From positions 1 to 41,278 of IMG/VR virus record IMGVR_UViG_3300025635_000048: a stretch of 41,278 nt of DNA; one strand, 5' to 3'. Below are positions 8,384-18,127 of the stretch, piece after piece; the stretch's first letter is position 1; every line of letters begins with the position of its first letter. This stretch comes from a virus. Taxonomy: Duplodnaviria > Caudoviricetes. A program made the position numbers and the translations under genes. The notes under the pieces are model-generated. The model worked only from the letters and a program-made list of their open reading frames with translations, searched no databases and was not told the origin of the DNA.

Positions 8384-10168
8384 ATGGCAAGCATCCTGGA
8401 TATTCTCGACGGGTTCGGGCTGGGACTCAACGTTATTGGGCAGCTTGGCAGCCTTTCCGCCGCCGGTGATGCTGCCCAGCGAACTCGCGATTTCCGGGAC
8501 GATCCCACCATCCCGGCACTGTCGAATTACCTGCGCCAGTCATTCGCCGACTTGACGAATGGCGAGGGGCCGATGGGCGAGTACAGGAACCAGTACAACC
8601 AGTTCCTGTCCAATCTCATGTCCCAAGGCGGACCGGGAAACGCGGCGGCGGCAAGCCTCGGCACGCTCACGGCGCGGCCAATGCAGCGGGCTATTTCACC
8701 CGGCGGCGGGTGGCAGATGCCACAAAGCACAGTGAACATGTCGCAATGGGGCCATACGCCCCGCGTCAGCATTACCCCGGACCTGAACGGGATCAATATT
8801 CCCCCGGCCAGAATACCGCCACAGAATCCGAGCCGGTTCCTCGACGGGAAGCCCGGCAATCCGCTTTCCGATGCCGTTAACGATTTTGCCGACGACGATA
8901 TCCTCGGAAGCGATGAACCCGTTGGGGCGCGTGGCGTTAATCCACGAAGGTTTTTTGATGGCAGGCCGGGGAACCCTGTTAGCGATTTTATCCGAAGCCT
9001 TGGCGACGGACGCCCCGGCATTGGCGCAAGCACTATTTCGCTAGACCACACCGGCAATTACGTTCCGCGTGCGGGACGGCGCAGCGTTCCGAGCATGGCC
9101 ACCGGCGGTCTCGTGACGAAGGGCGGGCTTGTAGACGTACACAAGAACGAGCGGGTTATTTTGCCCGCCGGTGCCGAGGTGTTGCCATATCAGCACACGC
9201 CGACCGGCAAGGCCATGATGGGTGCAGCCCCCCCTCCGACCCAGCCCAAGACGGGCGGATTCACCCCCGCGCCAAACCCGAACCTTGGCGGATTCCAAGG
9301 CGGATACGGAACAAAGTCTGTCGCCCTTCGCCCAAACGAGGGGGCGACAGGCGGGCTTCTTGCCAATCAGGACGCCACCCAGCCAGAACCCGTCGCCCTT
9401 CGCCCGAACGAGGGGACAGTTGGCGGCCATGCGTATGGGCAGGTGCAGGCGCAACAAGCGCAACAGTTGGCGGCACAACAGGCGGCGGCACAGGCGGAAG
9501 CGGAGCGGTACATCGCGCAAATGATGGGGGCGGCCAACCAGCAAGTATCTGATTCTCTCGGTTCGGCTCCGGGCTACATGAACGAATCGCTTGCCGGACT
9601 ATCCACGCTCGCCAATAGCGGCGGACCGATCAACGAAAGCGTTCAAAATATCCTTCGGCAACAGGCGCGGGACACCATCTCGACCGACATGGCCGGGGCG
9701 TTGCGCGGAATGAATGAACAGTACGGTGCGCGTGGCCTTGGCGGAAGCGGTCTCCAGCAACGGCAGGACCTTATGTCCCGGCTTGGCGCGGCCAACGCCT
9801 ACACGCAGGCCAACAACCAGATCGGGCTTGACGCCGCGAACACGAACTGGAACGCGATCCTTGGCGCGAACACCGCCTTGAATCAAGGTTCCCTTGGCGC
9901 GGCCAACTTCGGGTTGGGACGTGCGGGCCTCATTGACAACATCTTCCAGACAAACCGGGGCTTTGACCGGCAGAACGCGCTCGACACGTACATGCTCCAG
10001 CACGCCGACATTGCCGACCAGATGGGCTACTGGAACCAGATGGGGTCGAACCTTGAGGGTCAAAACCAAGACACGCAGGACGCATTCGACCGGCTCATCC
10101 AGCAGATCACGAGCTACTATGCGAACCCCGACACCAGCGCGTTTGCCAACGCGGTAAACGGTAATTAA
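8384..10168 (+). CDS. Putative internal virion / DNA ejection protein
   Basis: G/A/Q/N-rich helical protein with MATGGLV...VHKNERV motif; first gene of the ejection-like block; GGAG RBS. Confidence 0.6.
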   Translation: MASILDILDGFGLGLNVIGQLGSLSAAGDAAQRTRDFRDDPTIPALSNYLRQSFADLTNGEGPMGEYRNQYNQFLSNLMSQGGPGNAAAASLGTLTARPMQRAISPGGGWQMPQSTVNMSQWGHTPRVSITPDLNGINIPPARIPPQNPSRFLDGKPGNPLSDAVNDFADDDILGSDEPVGARGVNPRRFFDGRPGNPVSDFIRSLGDGRPGIGASTISLDHTGNYVPRAGRRSVPSMATGGLVTKGGLVDVHKNERVILPAGAEVLPYQHTPTGKAMMGAAPPPTQPKTGGFTPAPNPNLGGFQGGYGTKSVALRPNEGATGGLLANQDATQPEPVALRPNEGTVGGHAYGQVQAQQAQQLAAQQAAAQAEAERYIAQMMGAANQQVSDSLGSAPGYMNESLAGLSTLANSGGPINESVQNILRQQARDTISTDMAGALRGMNEQYGARGLGGSGLQQRQDLMSRLGAANAYTQANNQIGLDAANTNWNAILGANTALNQGSLGAANFGLGRAGLIDNIFQTNRGFDRQNALDTYMLQHADIADQMGYWNQMGSNLEGQNQDTQDAFDRLIQQITSYYANPDTSAFANAVNGN

Positions 10169-10179
10169 GGAGATACGGC

Positions 10180-10560
10180 ATGGGCGACTATATGGGATAC
10201 GGCGCATTGGGCCAAAGCGTTGGCGATGCAGCCATGCTCTCCAACTGGACGGGATCGAACCCGATGATCGACAGCATGGCAGGGCTTGGATCGGTTATGC
10301 CGAAAATGGCCGGGGCTGGGGCCGGGATGATGGGTACGCTTGGCGGGATCATGGGTAGCCCGATAACCGCCGGGATTGGCGGCGGACTGAATGCCTACAT
10401 GGCATACAAACAGGGCAAGGCCAACAAGGAAGCGCAGAAGCAACAGATGAAGGAGTCGAGGAAAGGCCGTATCGCGAACCAAGGACAGAACAACATCATG
10501 GCGTTACTGGCCATCGCGAAATATGCCGACTCGCTTCTACCGGGCTACGGCGGGAGGTAG
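10180..10560 (+). CDS. Putative DNA pilot / ejection protein
   Basis: Gly/Met-rich hydrophobic N-terminus followed by a basic coiled segment; AAGGAG RBS. Confidence 0.55.
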   Translation: MGDYMGYGALGQSVGDAAMLSNWTGSNPMIDSMAGLGSVMPKMAGAGAGMMGTLGGIMGSPITAGIGGGLNAYMAYKQGKANKEAQKQQMKESRKGRIANQGQNNIMALLAIAKYADSLLPGYGGR

Positions 10561-10566
10561 TACGAC

Positions 10567-11721
10567 ATGGGCGGCCTACTGGCAGCGTTGAGCGGCGGTA
10601 TCGAGGGATACCAGCGGCGAGCCGATGAACTGAAGGATCAGGCCGCCGAGGATCGCCGTCTGCAAATGGCACTTGAGCAGCACCGATCCGCCATGATGAT
10701 GAACAAACTTCAGGCGGGTCTACTGGAGGCTCAACTCCGCGATTACCCAGAGGACAAGCGCATTCAACGGGAATACGAAAAGACCCGGCAAGAGGCCACC
10801 GCGCTGGACGTCCAGAAGGGGCTGTTGGACATCGAACTCGACAAGCGATTTGGAGCAGACGAACGCCAAGGCAAGATCGATTTGCTCAAGGCACAGATCG
10901 CCACAGAAGGCGCACAGGCCGGGGCGTATGGCCGGTCAAACCGCGACACATACGGCAACAGTGTATCTACCGGCGCGACGTATTCCCCAGAGCAGATCAA
11001 GATGGCTGAGGAAATCGTAAGAGATTACGAGAAACTTGCCAGCCAAGACACCCCGAACCCGACCGAGATCGCGCTACTTGAGTCAAATAAGGGCCTGTAT
11101 GAGCACGCTGCTAAGATTGTTCGGGAAGTGCAATCCGGTGCGCTTGGGTTCACCCCGCCGCCCGCACCAGAGGAAAAAGCAGACGCAGAACAGGCATCAA
11201 CCCCGTCACTAACGGAGCCGTCTGGAATTGAGAAGGGGATTCGTTTTCTGGCGACAGGCACGACGAAGCGCCCCGACTCGCTTGATGCCGCGGAGCAAAA
11301 ACGCAAGGCGTCTTTGAGCATAAACAAGCCGCTTCAGGGTTCTTTTTTGAGCAACTTGGTGCAGGGCAAACCGGTGCCGGGAGCCATACGCCAAGGCAAC
11401 GGGAGTCTTTTTGGCGAGGTGGTTCCAGACAACAAATTCACGGGACAAGTTCCGCGCAGCGTTTTCCCAACATCGCCAGTCCTTCCGGGGCCGTCAGCCG
11501 AGGGTATCGCCGCCTTGGTCAACTCGAAGCCAGAATACGCGGCGGAAGCAACAAGGCTGCTTGCGGGCCAAGGACCCGTTGACAACGAAGTGCCCGATAG
11601 CGTACTTGGCTATATTGGCAAGCAACTGTTTAGTGGGACCCCTTTTGGCGGACGAAGCGTTGTGCCGGTTAAAAAGCCCAATACGAAGGCGAAGCCCAAG
11701 CGTAAACCCAAGGCAGAATAA
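10567..11721 (+). CDS. Putative ejection protein
   Basis: Coiled-coil N-terminus, Pro-rich C-terminus and Lys/Pro tail; GGAGGT RBS; position in the ejection block. Confidence 0.55.
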   Translation: MGGLLAALSGGIEGYQRRADELKDQAAEDRRLQMALEQHRSAMMMNKLQAGLLEAQLRDYPEDKRIQREYEKTRQEATALDVQKGLLDIELDKRFGADERQGKIDLLKAQIATEGAQAGAYGRSNRDTYGNSVSTGATYSPEQIKMAEEIVRDYEKLASQDTPNPTEIALLESNKGLYEHAAKIVREVQSGALGFTPPPAPEEKADAEQASTPSLTEPSGIEKGIRFLATGTTKRPDSLDAAEQKRKASLSINKPLQGSFLSNLVQGKPVPGAIRQGNGSLFGEVVPDNKFTGQVPRSVFPTSPVLPGPSAEGIAALVNSKPEYAAEATRLLAGQGPVDNEVPDSVLGYIGKQLFSGTPFGGRSVVPVKKPNTKAKPKRKPKAE

Positions 11722-14700
11722 ATGCCCCTGTCCAGTGCCCAAATAGACGCTATCCTCGGCGCGGGAAAGAGCACGGCCCTGCAAGAAGGGGCCAGCAATC
11801 CCATGTTCAAGGCTCTGGAACTTCTCTCGCGTCCCGGCGAAATGGCGATGGCGGGCATTTCCGGCGTGCTTCCGGGCGGGCTTCCTATCGAGGACACGCT
11901 CGACACAATGGGGAACGTCGCCACTGGCCAGCAGAATTACACGGGCCGGAACTTCCTCGAATCCTACGGCGCACCCGATTCCGCGTGGACCACGGCGGGC
12001 GGTATCGCGCTCGACTTCCTGAACCCAGCCGATCCCCTGAATTACATCGGGGTTGGCGGACTCACGAAGATCGGCAAGGCGGCGAAACTTGCCGGTCCGA
12101 TAGATTCAGCGGCAGGACTTGCCGCAAAGTGGTCCGGCCAAGCGGCGGCGGGACAACGCGGGCTTCTAAACTTCGCTGGACACCAGGTACCACTCCCCGG
12201 TCAAGGAATGGCCCTAGACGCCCTCCAGGGGCTCGGGAATCGCTTTGCCGACTCTGGCACTGGCAAAGCCCTTTCGAGCCTGTTTGGGGGCAGGACAGGG
12301 GCCTATGCGTCAGCCATGCGGGACGACCCGGACGCTGCGCTTATCCAGATGCGGGCGCAGGATCGGATCGACTTCAAGCTAAACAAGGCCACCGCCGAAT
12401 GGGATGCTGTTGCCGATCCGATATTCGAGAAACTCAGTTTCGAGGAACGGGTTCTGGCCGGGGACCTGATGCAGGACGCGGCCCGGAACGGCCAAACATG
12501 GGCGGACAAGATAGACGAGTTCGTCAAACCGGGGACCAGGGGCGCGGCCACCCGTCTCGAACAAGCCAAGAATATCGACACCCTGTACCAGACCCGCGCC
12601 CGTCTTGCGGCGGAGAATCTCGGGGAAACGGGTATCGGTATGTATTCCGAGGCTACGGCCCGGTATCTCCCCCGAATGTTCAAGCGCAACCCCTTGGTCT
12701 CGAATGAGCGGGTGGACGAAGTGCTTGGCGGGCCTGTTGGACGGCAGATAATCCACACGGAACCCTTCGCGGATAACGCCTTCAATCAGGGTCTTGTCCA
12801 GTCATCGCTTCAATCCCCGCAGGTCAAGACTCTGGACATCGCGGGCAAGGCCGCATGGTTGGCCGGTGGCGAGGTCAAGGTTGGCGATGAGGTCAAGCAC
12901 CTTGTCGGCCAAGACTGGTTCGACGCGCACGATGCCGTGTTCAAGCGGGAGTTCCTTCTCAAGCATCGCAAGACGACCAAGGAATTGAATCTCGACTTGG
13001 CGGCTACGGGTGCGGGCGAATACGAGAGAGATATCTCCGCCATGTTCGCCGGCATGAAGGGCGAACTGCTCCAGAACATCAAGTACGACGGGCTGGTCAA
13101 AGACTTCCAAGAGGCCGGTATTGCCGTTGACTGGAACGATATCCTTCACGGCGGCGGCGAGTTCGTCAAGGTGAACCAAGGCCGGTGGGCGAATGCTCCC
13201 TTGGCTATCCCGAAGAACCTCAACACCGCACTGGCCCGGTACGAATCCATTGCGCATCCGTCAGCCGAGGCGGGGCGTCTCGGGGAACAGTTACTTCAAC
13301 TGGTGCCCAAGGCTCTCCGTGACGCGACGCAAGACTCCCAGCGATGGATGAAGGACCTCTTGATCTGGGGTGGCGGGCCGTTCTCCTACATGACCCGCAA
13401 CGTGGCGTCGGCGGTCCACAAGAACCGGCTGGAAGGTATCAACAGCCTGAATGGGCCACGATACTACGGCGAAGCCATTCATCTCATGGGCAAATTCTTC
13501 GGGGACAAGGGCAAGATGCTCAACCCCTTGTCCAACCTTGACGAGACAGCCAAGGGGATCACGAACGAATACTGGACGTCCAAGAACGGCGTCAAGTACA
13601 GCATCCGGCGACTGGCCGAGGAATACCTCCACGGGAACATGCACGGCGGCGGAAGCCCTGACCCGGAACTGGTATCCAAGAGCCTTTCGGGGTCCGCCAA
13701 GTTGCGCAACAAACTCTTCGGGACGTTCCACAAGGGCAACATGCGGGCCGAGATGTTCGTGCGGCTTCCCTTGATGCTCAAGACGCTCGAAGATACCGAG
13801 GATGTAGTGCTCGCCATGAAGCGGGCACTTCCCAAGACCGTCGAGGAAATGGCGGCGGAGCCTAAGGTGGCCGGGACATTCTTCGACGTGGCCATGACGA
13901 ACGCCCGCGAGGCCGTCATCCGCGCACACTTCGACTACAACGACCTGACCGAGACCGAGCGCAAGATACGCGGGACGGTCATGCCGTTTTATTCCTGGTG
14001 GCGAAAAAACATCGCCCACGAGACCGTGAACCTAATCCAGAAGCCCGGTAAGTACATGCCCTATATCCGGGCGTACCAGTCATCCTTCGACAACGAGGAT
14101 ATGACGCAGGCCGATCTTCCCGAGTGGGCACAGCGGGCCTTCGCCATGCCTATCGACGAATCGGTCGAGGGCAAGATTCAATGGATGGACTTCACGGGTT
14201 TCCTGCCGTTCATGGACACCCTTGAGGCGGGCGTCACCGCTGCCACATTGACAGGGATGATCGATGCGCAACCGGGCAAAACCCCTATCTCGGAGTTCAT
14301 CCGGTACATGGCGATCCGGGGCAACCCGATGCTGGTCATGCCTGTCGAGCAGGGGCTTAACAAATCCTTCTTCACGGGCCGGGATATGCGCGAGGATCAG
14401 CCGGAGAAGTTTGGCGCGGCAACAGTATCCCCGCAGGTCCGGCACGCACTCCAGCCGTTCCGCCCGTTGTCCGAACTCGACCGGCTCAACCCGACAATCC
14501 CATTCCTGACCGGCGGCAAACCCATCTTTGGCGAGAACCGGAAGAACCGGAACGAACCCAATGAGGCCAAGCGGTGGGCTCGTCACCTGACCGGCGTCCG
14601 TATGTACGAGGCCGAGGACAACATCGCATCCATGTCGGAGAAGACCCGCAAAAAGACGATCAGGGCGTACACCCGCGCCATGAATGAGGCCATTGCAGAA

Positions 14701-14766
14701 GGCGACAATCAACGCGCAGACTACTTCAAAGGCATGATCGAGAAAATCGGCGGGACGGTGAAATGA
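11722..14766 (+). CDS. Large internal virion / ejectosome protein (1014 aa)
   Basis: Long helical ORF with ALDFLNPADPLNYI and FDYNDLT...MPFYSW.RKN motifs seen in large podovirus core proteins; immediately precedes the lysis genes. Confidence 0.6.
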   Translation: MPLSSAQIDAILGAGKSTALQEGASNPMFKALELLSRPGEMAMAGISGVLPGGLPIEDTLDTMGNVATGQQNYTGRNFLESYGAPDSAWTTAGGIALDFLNPADPLNYIGVGGLTKIGKAAKLAGPIDSAAGLAAKWSGQAAAGQRGLLNFAGHQVPLPGQGMALDALQGLGNRFADSGTGKALSSLFGGRTGAYASAMRDDPDAALIQMRAQDRIDFKLNKATAEWDAVADPIFEKLSFEERVLAGDLMQDAARNGQTWADKIDEFVKPGTRGAATRLEQAKNIDTLYQTRARLAAENLGETGIGMYSEATARYLPRMFKRNPLVSNERVDEVLGGPVGRQIIHTEPFADNAFNQGLVQSSLQSPQVKTLDIAGKAAWLAGGEVKVGDEVKHLVGQDWFDAHDAVFKREFLLKHRKTTKELNLDLAATGAGEYERDISAMFAGMKGELLQNIKYDGLVKDFQEAGIAVDWNDILHGGGEFVKVNQGRWANAPLAIPKNLNTALARYESIAHPSAEAGRLGEQLLQLVPKALRDATQDSQRWMKDLLIWGGGPFSYMTRNVASAVHKNRLEGINSLNGPRYYGEAIHLMGKFFGDKGKMLNPLSNLDETAKGITNEYWTSKNGVKYSIRRLAEEYLHGNMHGGGSPDPELVSKSLSGSAKLRNKLFGTFHKGNMRAEMFVRLPLMLKTLEDTEDVVLAMKRALPKTVEEMAAEPKVAGTFFDVAMTNAREAVIRAHFDYNDLTETERKIRGTVMPFYSWWRKNIAHETVNLIQKPGKYMPYIRAYQSSFDNEDMTQADLPEWAQRAFAMPIDESVEGKIQWMDFTGFLPFMDTLEAGVTAATLTGMIDAQPGKTPISEFIRYMAIRGNPMLVMPVEQGLNKSFFTGRDMREDQPEKFGAATVSPQVRHALQPFRPLSELDRLNPTIPFLTGGKPIFGENRKNRNEPNEAKRWARHLTGVRMYEAEDNIASMSEKTRKKTIRAYTRAMNEAIAEGDNQRADYFKGMIEKIGGTVK

Positions 14767-15266
14767 AAACATCGGACGAAATGATCAAGGTGCTGAAGGG
14801 ATTCGAGGGATTGTCCCTCAGGCCGTATCTGTGCCCATCCCAAAAACTTACCATTGGGTACGGCCACGTAATCACATCCATCGAAAAGAAGAAGGGGGAA
14901 CTGTGCATCCTCGTGGATGACGGCGGCGACCGATTTGAGTGGGTTCCATACCTTCCCGACATAACCCAGGGCGTGGCCGATAGGCTCTTGCGGTCAGACC
15001 TGAGACGATACGAGGCGGCAGTCACCCGAAGCGCAAAGACGCCGTTGGCCCAGCACCAGTTTGACGCGATGGTGTCATTCGCGTTTAATGTCGGGATAGG
15101 CGCATTCTTGGGGTCAACGATGCTCAAGATGGTGAATGATGGGGACATGGCCGGGGCAGCGGCACAGTTCACCCGATGGAACAAGGGCGGCGGGAAGATA
15201 CTCAAGGGATTAGTTCGGCGGCGGGCGGCAGAATCGCTAGTGTTTGCGAATGGAGAATACGCATGA
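14763..15266 (+). CDS. Endolysin, GH24 lysozyme
   Basis: FEGLSLRPYLCP...TIGYGH catalytic region; QFDAMVSFAFNVG; RWNK...GLVRRRAAE. Confidence 0.93.
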   Translation: MKTSDEMIKVLKGFEGLSLRPYLCPSQKLTIGYGHVITSIEKKKGELCILVDDGGDRFEWVPYLPDITQGVADRLLRSDLRRYEAAVTRSAKTPLAQHQFDAMVSFAFNVGIGAFLGSTMLKMVNDGDMAGAAAQFTRWNKGGGKILKGLVRRRAAESLVFANGEYA

Positions 15267-15580
15267 GCGGGGACGCATTTCCGAAGACAAAGGAACAATG
15301 GGCGGCGGCGATACTGTTGCTTGCCGCTGGGACCGGGGTTGGCGGGTATGTCCGTCCGGCAATCGACGCCGTGGCCCTCGAATCGCGATTGACACGGGCC
15401 GAAATAAGCGCGACAGCAAACGGTGATTCGCTCGAATCTATCGAGCACATTGTTACGGAGCGGGGCGAAATTCTCGCCCGTATCGAGGCGAGTACCGCCG
15501 AAAACACACAGCGACTAGCACGGCTTGAAGCCAAGATCGACCAGATGACAGCGCAGGCACGGGCGCGGATCGGAGATTGA
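15263..15580 (+). CDS. Membrane-anchored coiled-coil protein (lysis module; possible i-spanin-like)
   Basis: ATGA overlap with the endolysin; one N-terminal hydrophobic helix followed by a coiled coil. Confidence 0.55.
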   Translation: MSGDAFPKTKEQWAAAILLLAAGTGVGGYVRPAIDAVALESRLTRAEISATANGDSLESIEHIVTERGEILARIEASTAENTQRLARLEAKIDQMTAQARARIGD

Positions 15581-15581
15581 T

Positions 15582-15872
15582 ATGCAACCCCGACGGATAG
15601 GATGGACCATAGGCGAGGGCGCATTGTCGGGCGGCGCGGGAACGTCGATTGCAATGGCGTTGATCGATTACCTCAAAGCCGTTTACCCGGAACAGCCGCC
15701 CCAATTATGGGTGTTGCTATCGGCACTATTCGGGGCAGTCCTTGTCGGCGGCGTGGCCGGGACAAGCAAAACGATCCGAACACGATCCGCGTCAACCGTG
15801 TCGCGGTCTGACCTTGACGCATTCGAGGATGATCTCGAAAAAGCCATACGAACGAAAGGGACCGAAGAATGA
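15582..15872 (+). CDS. Holin-like membrane protein
   Basis: Two hydrophobic segments and a charged C-terminus, in the lysis cluster. Confidence 0.5.
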   Translation: MQPRRIGWTIGEGALSGGAGTSIAMALIDYLKAVYPEQPPQLWVLLSALFGAVLVGGVAGTSKTIRTRSASTVSRSDLDAFEDDLEKAIRTKGTEE

Positions 15873-16357
15873 GAAACACCATCCTGTTAGCGTCAACGAT
15901 ATGGTTCGCCGGATGCGCCATGACGCCCGGACTAATCCCCGGAATGTCTGGCAAGACCAAGATCGAGCGGGAATTCGCGGACGCCGACTCCCACTACACC
16001 GAGAGCATTTCCGCGCCCGCCGGGGTTGACGCCTCGAAGCTGTCCAAGTTCTCCTTGAAACTCAAGGATGGGCAAGGCATGGAGTACGAGGTTGGGGTTG
16101 ATGCCTCGGATACGCTCGACTCCACGGCACAGGCAGCCATGCTGACCCAGATATCAGCGGACTCGCTGGCTGCCCTACGATCGTCCCTGAAGACGCTTGA
16201 GGCGTTGACGCCTGGAATCACCCAGTTGTTGACCCCACAGCCAGCACCGCCCATCGTGAGCGCACCAATCAACATCGGTGGAGGATCGGGCGGCGGACCC
16301 ATAACCGACTTGCTCCGGGGCCTCATCGAGGATGCCATACGGGAGTCGCGGCCATGA
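15869..16357 (+). CDS. Lipoprotein (possible spanin component)
   Basis: Signal peptide with lipobox FAG-C at aa 13-16; ATGA overlap with the upstream gene. Confidence 0.6.
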   Translation: MRNTILLASTIWFAGCAMTPGLIPGMSGKTKIEREFADADSHYTESISAPAGVDASKLSKFSLKLKDGQGMEYEVGVDASDTLDSTAQAAMLTQISADSLAALRSSLKTLEALTPGITQLLTPQPAPPIVSAPINIGGGSGGGPITDLLRGLIEDAIRESRP

Positions 16358-16410
16358 AGAAGCCAGTTAAGCCCAAGAAGACAAAGAAGCCGACAAAGCC
16401 TAAGAAGTAG
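16354..16410 (+). CDS. 18-aa Lys/Pro-rich micro-ORF MKKPVKPKKTKKPTKPKK
   Basis: ATGA-coupled to the lipoprotein stop, GGGAG 8 nt upstream, TAG at 16408-16410; not in the ORF track. Confidence 0.5.
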   Translation: MKKPVKPKKTKKPTKPKK

Positions 16411-16420
16411 CGAGTCGGCT

Positions 16421-16765
16421 TTACTCGCGCGCTTGAAGTGATTCGTCGAGCGTCATGTCGCCTTCCATGTTCTTGGGACCTGGTCGCGCCAGTCGCCGCA
16501 GTATGTCCGCCTGTTCTTCGATGCGTTTGTTTGCGCGAGTCAATTGCCCGCGAAGAAGTTTTATCTCCGCCAACAGTTTATCCCGCTCCAACCGTAGACT
16601 TCGGCGCGTCCGGTTCAACCCGTCGATTTCTTCGGATGGGGGTAGGAATGTCCCCGTCGCGTTACACGGTCCGCACGCATACTTTACGTGGCTATCATCA
16701 TGGTCTCGGCCATATACATACTTCTTGCCGTCGCAGTACGGGCACTGCACGCCGCTATCGCTCAT
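16421..16765 (-). CDS. Zn-finger (CxxCxG repeats) plus coiled-coil protein
   Basis: CPYCDGKK...CGPCNATG; last gene of the coupled minus operon. Confidence 0.7.
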   Translation of the reverse strand: MSDSGVQCPYCDGKKYVYGRDHDDSHVKYACGPCNATGTFLPPSEEIDGLNRTRRSLRLERDKLLAEIKLLRGQLTRANKRIEEQADILRRLARPGPKNMEGDMTLDESLQARE

Positions 16766-17022
16766 TTCAGTATCCCCGCTTCCCGACAGACATCCATTGC
16801 GTGAATATCGGCGACGTTCGACCTGTACTCCCTAATCGCATACCGCAACGCCGCCACCGCCGGGTCATCCATCCGAATCACGGCGTACTCGCCGGTGTCG
16901 CGAAGGTGTTGGGCAAGTTCGTCGAGGGCAACGTCTCCATTGAGGCCGCATCCACGGCAAGCCTTTCGGATAACGACCTCGCCATCATGTCCCTTCGAGT
17001 CGCAATGCGGACACGTTTTCAT
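16762..17022 (-). CDS. Small Zn-finger protein
   Basis: CPHC...CRGC; 4-nt overlaps on both sides. Confidence 0.65.
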   Translation of the reverse strand: MKTCPHCDSKGHDGEVVIRKACRGCGLNGDVALDELAQHLRDTGEYAVIRMDDPAVAALRYAIREYRSNVADIHAMDVCREAGILK

Positions 17023-17432
17023 TTCACCACTCCCTTCCCAAAGCCCGCCTTGGCCTTGCGTTTCGGTTTCGCTTTCGGCTTATCGTAGATCATCCGCACG
17101 TCCAGATACGGATAGTTCCGCTTCAGCATCTTCATTTTGATCCTCGACACGTCCGTCTGGTGGCCCTTCGTTTCCTCGACCACGCACGCCTCACCCTCGT
17201 AATACACGAAGTCCGCGATGTAGTGAATCGCCCGGATCGCCTTGCCAGCACTATCACGAAATGCTGGTTGCAGTTCAAACGGGACTTGAATGCGAACGTC
17301 GCGGATCGCCCCGGCCCGCTCCATCAAGAGCAATTCGCCGTATCGCCACGCTTCCAGTTTCGAGGCGAATTTGATCCCATCAACGGTGGTCTCGATGTTC
17401 CCGTGCTTTTTGCGGACGGGGCGGGGACTCAT
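17019..17432 (-). CDS. DUF1064 family putative endonuclease (PD-(D/E)xK-like)
   Basis: K.GN..T.VDGIKF.SK.EA.RY..L...Q..FEL...Y.ADF.Y......VEE.KG signature. Confidence 0.85.
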   Translation of the reverse strand: MSPRPVRKKHGNIETTVDGIKFASKLEAWRYGELLLMERAGAIRDVRIQVPFELQPAFRDSAGKAIRAIHYIADFVYYEGEACVVEETKGHQTDVSRIKMKMLKRNYPYLDVRMIYDKPKAKPKRKAKAGFGKGVVK

Positions 17433-17692
17433 GCGTGGGCTCCAATCCGGATTTCAAACTCAGCTGTGTCATGCGCGGTGATCGAGTACGACCCGAACCA
17501 TCCGCCCTGAAATTGCCCGCCCCAGTCGAATATCGGACATTCAAGCGTGTTGCCCTTGCGCCGAACGGCGATGTAGTTTTCATCGCCGCCGTGTTCGGAC
17601 ATTGCCCGAAGTTCTTCCGGGGCTTCCTCGAATGCCCATATCACCATACCGGTTATTGGGACTTGGTCGCGCCAGTCGATTTCCGTGCTCAT
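17429..17692 (-). CDS. Hypothetical protein
   Basis: Coupled ORF with ATGA overlaps. Confidence 0.65.
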   Translation of the reverse strand: MSTEIDWRDQVPITGMVIWAFEEAPEELRAMSEHGGDENYIAVRRKGNTLECPIFDWGGQFQGGWFGSYSITAHDTAEFEIRIGAHA

Positions 17693-17883
17693 GCCGCGCC
17701 CCCAGTTTTCCGCCTACTACGCAGCCCGAAGGACCGCGACGCCGAGCGGCGATTGTCCCGGCTCTCGCATACGATCCGGCTTCGTTCCAATTCGTCGAGC
17801 GCGGACTCAGCGCGTTCGACGTTCGGGTCCTTGGCGACGGGACTCCATCGCCGCCACGGGTGTTGTTTGGTTGGTTTCTTCAT
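17689..17883 (-). CDS. Hypothetical basic protein
   Basis: Coupled ORF with ATGA overlaps. Confidence 0.55.
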   Translation of the reverse strand: MKKPTKQHPWRRWSPVAKDPNVERAESALDELERSRIVCESRDNRRSASRSFGLRSRRKTGGAA

Positions 17884-18125
17884 TCTCCCGCTCCTTTCGT
17901 CCCGTCGAGCGCGGCGTCCCGCGTTGCGAATAGATTAGACGGGGCGACCATCTCAGTGTACGAATCCATTCGCAATTGCCCCGACGCCGTGACGGCCCGT
18001 ATTCGCCAGTGGCGAACCTTGACCTTCCTGCCCCAGTGCCTAACGTACTCGACCGCGACCAACCCTTCGATTGGGCATTGCATCCAGATCAATTCTAATG
18101 GCTGGATTTTTCCGCGCTCGATCAT
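17880..18125 (-). CDS. Hypothetical protein
   Basis: Coupled ORF with GAGGGG RBS. Confidence 0.6.
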   Translation of the reverse strand: MIERGKIQPLELIWMQCPIEGLVAVEYVRHWGRKVKVRHWRIRAVTASGQLRMDSYTEMVAPSNLFATRDAALDGTKGAGE

Positions 18126-18127
18126 CG

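Noticed and set aside
16410-16428. Bidirectional terminator between the convergent blocks
   Set aside because: Only a 6-bp stem (GCGAGT/ACTCGC) and no U-tract on either side.
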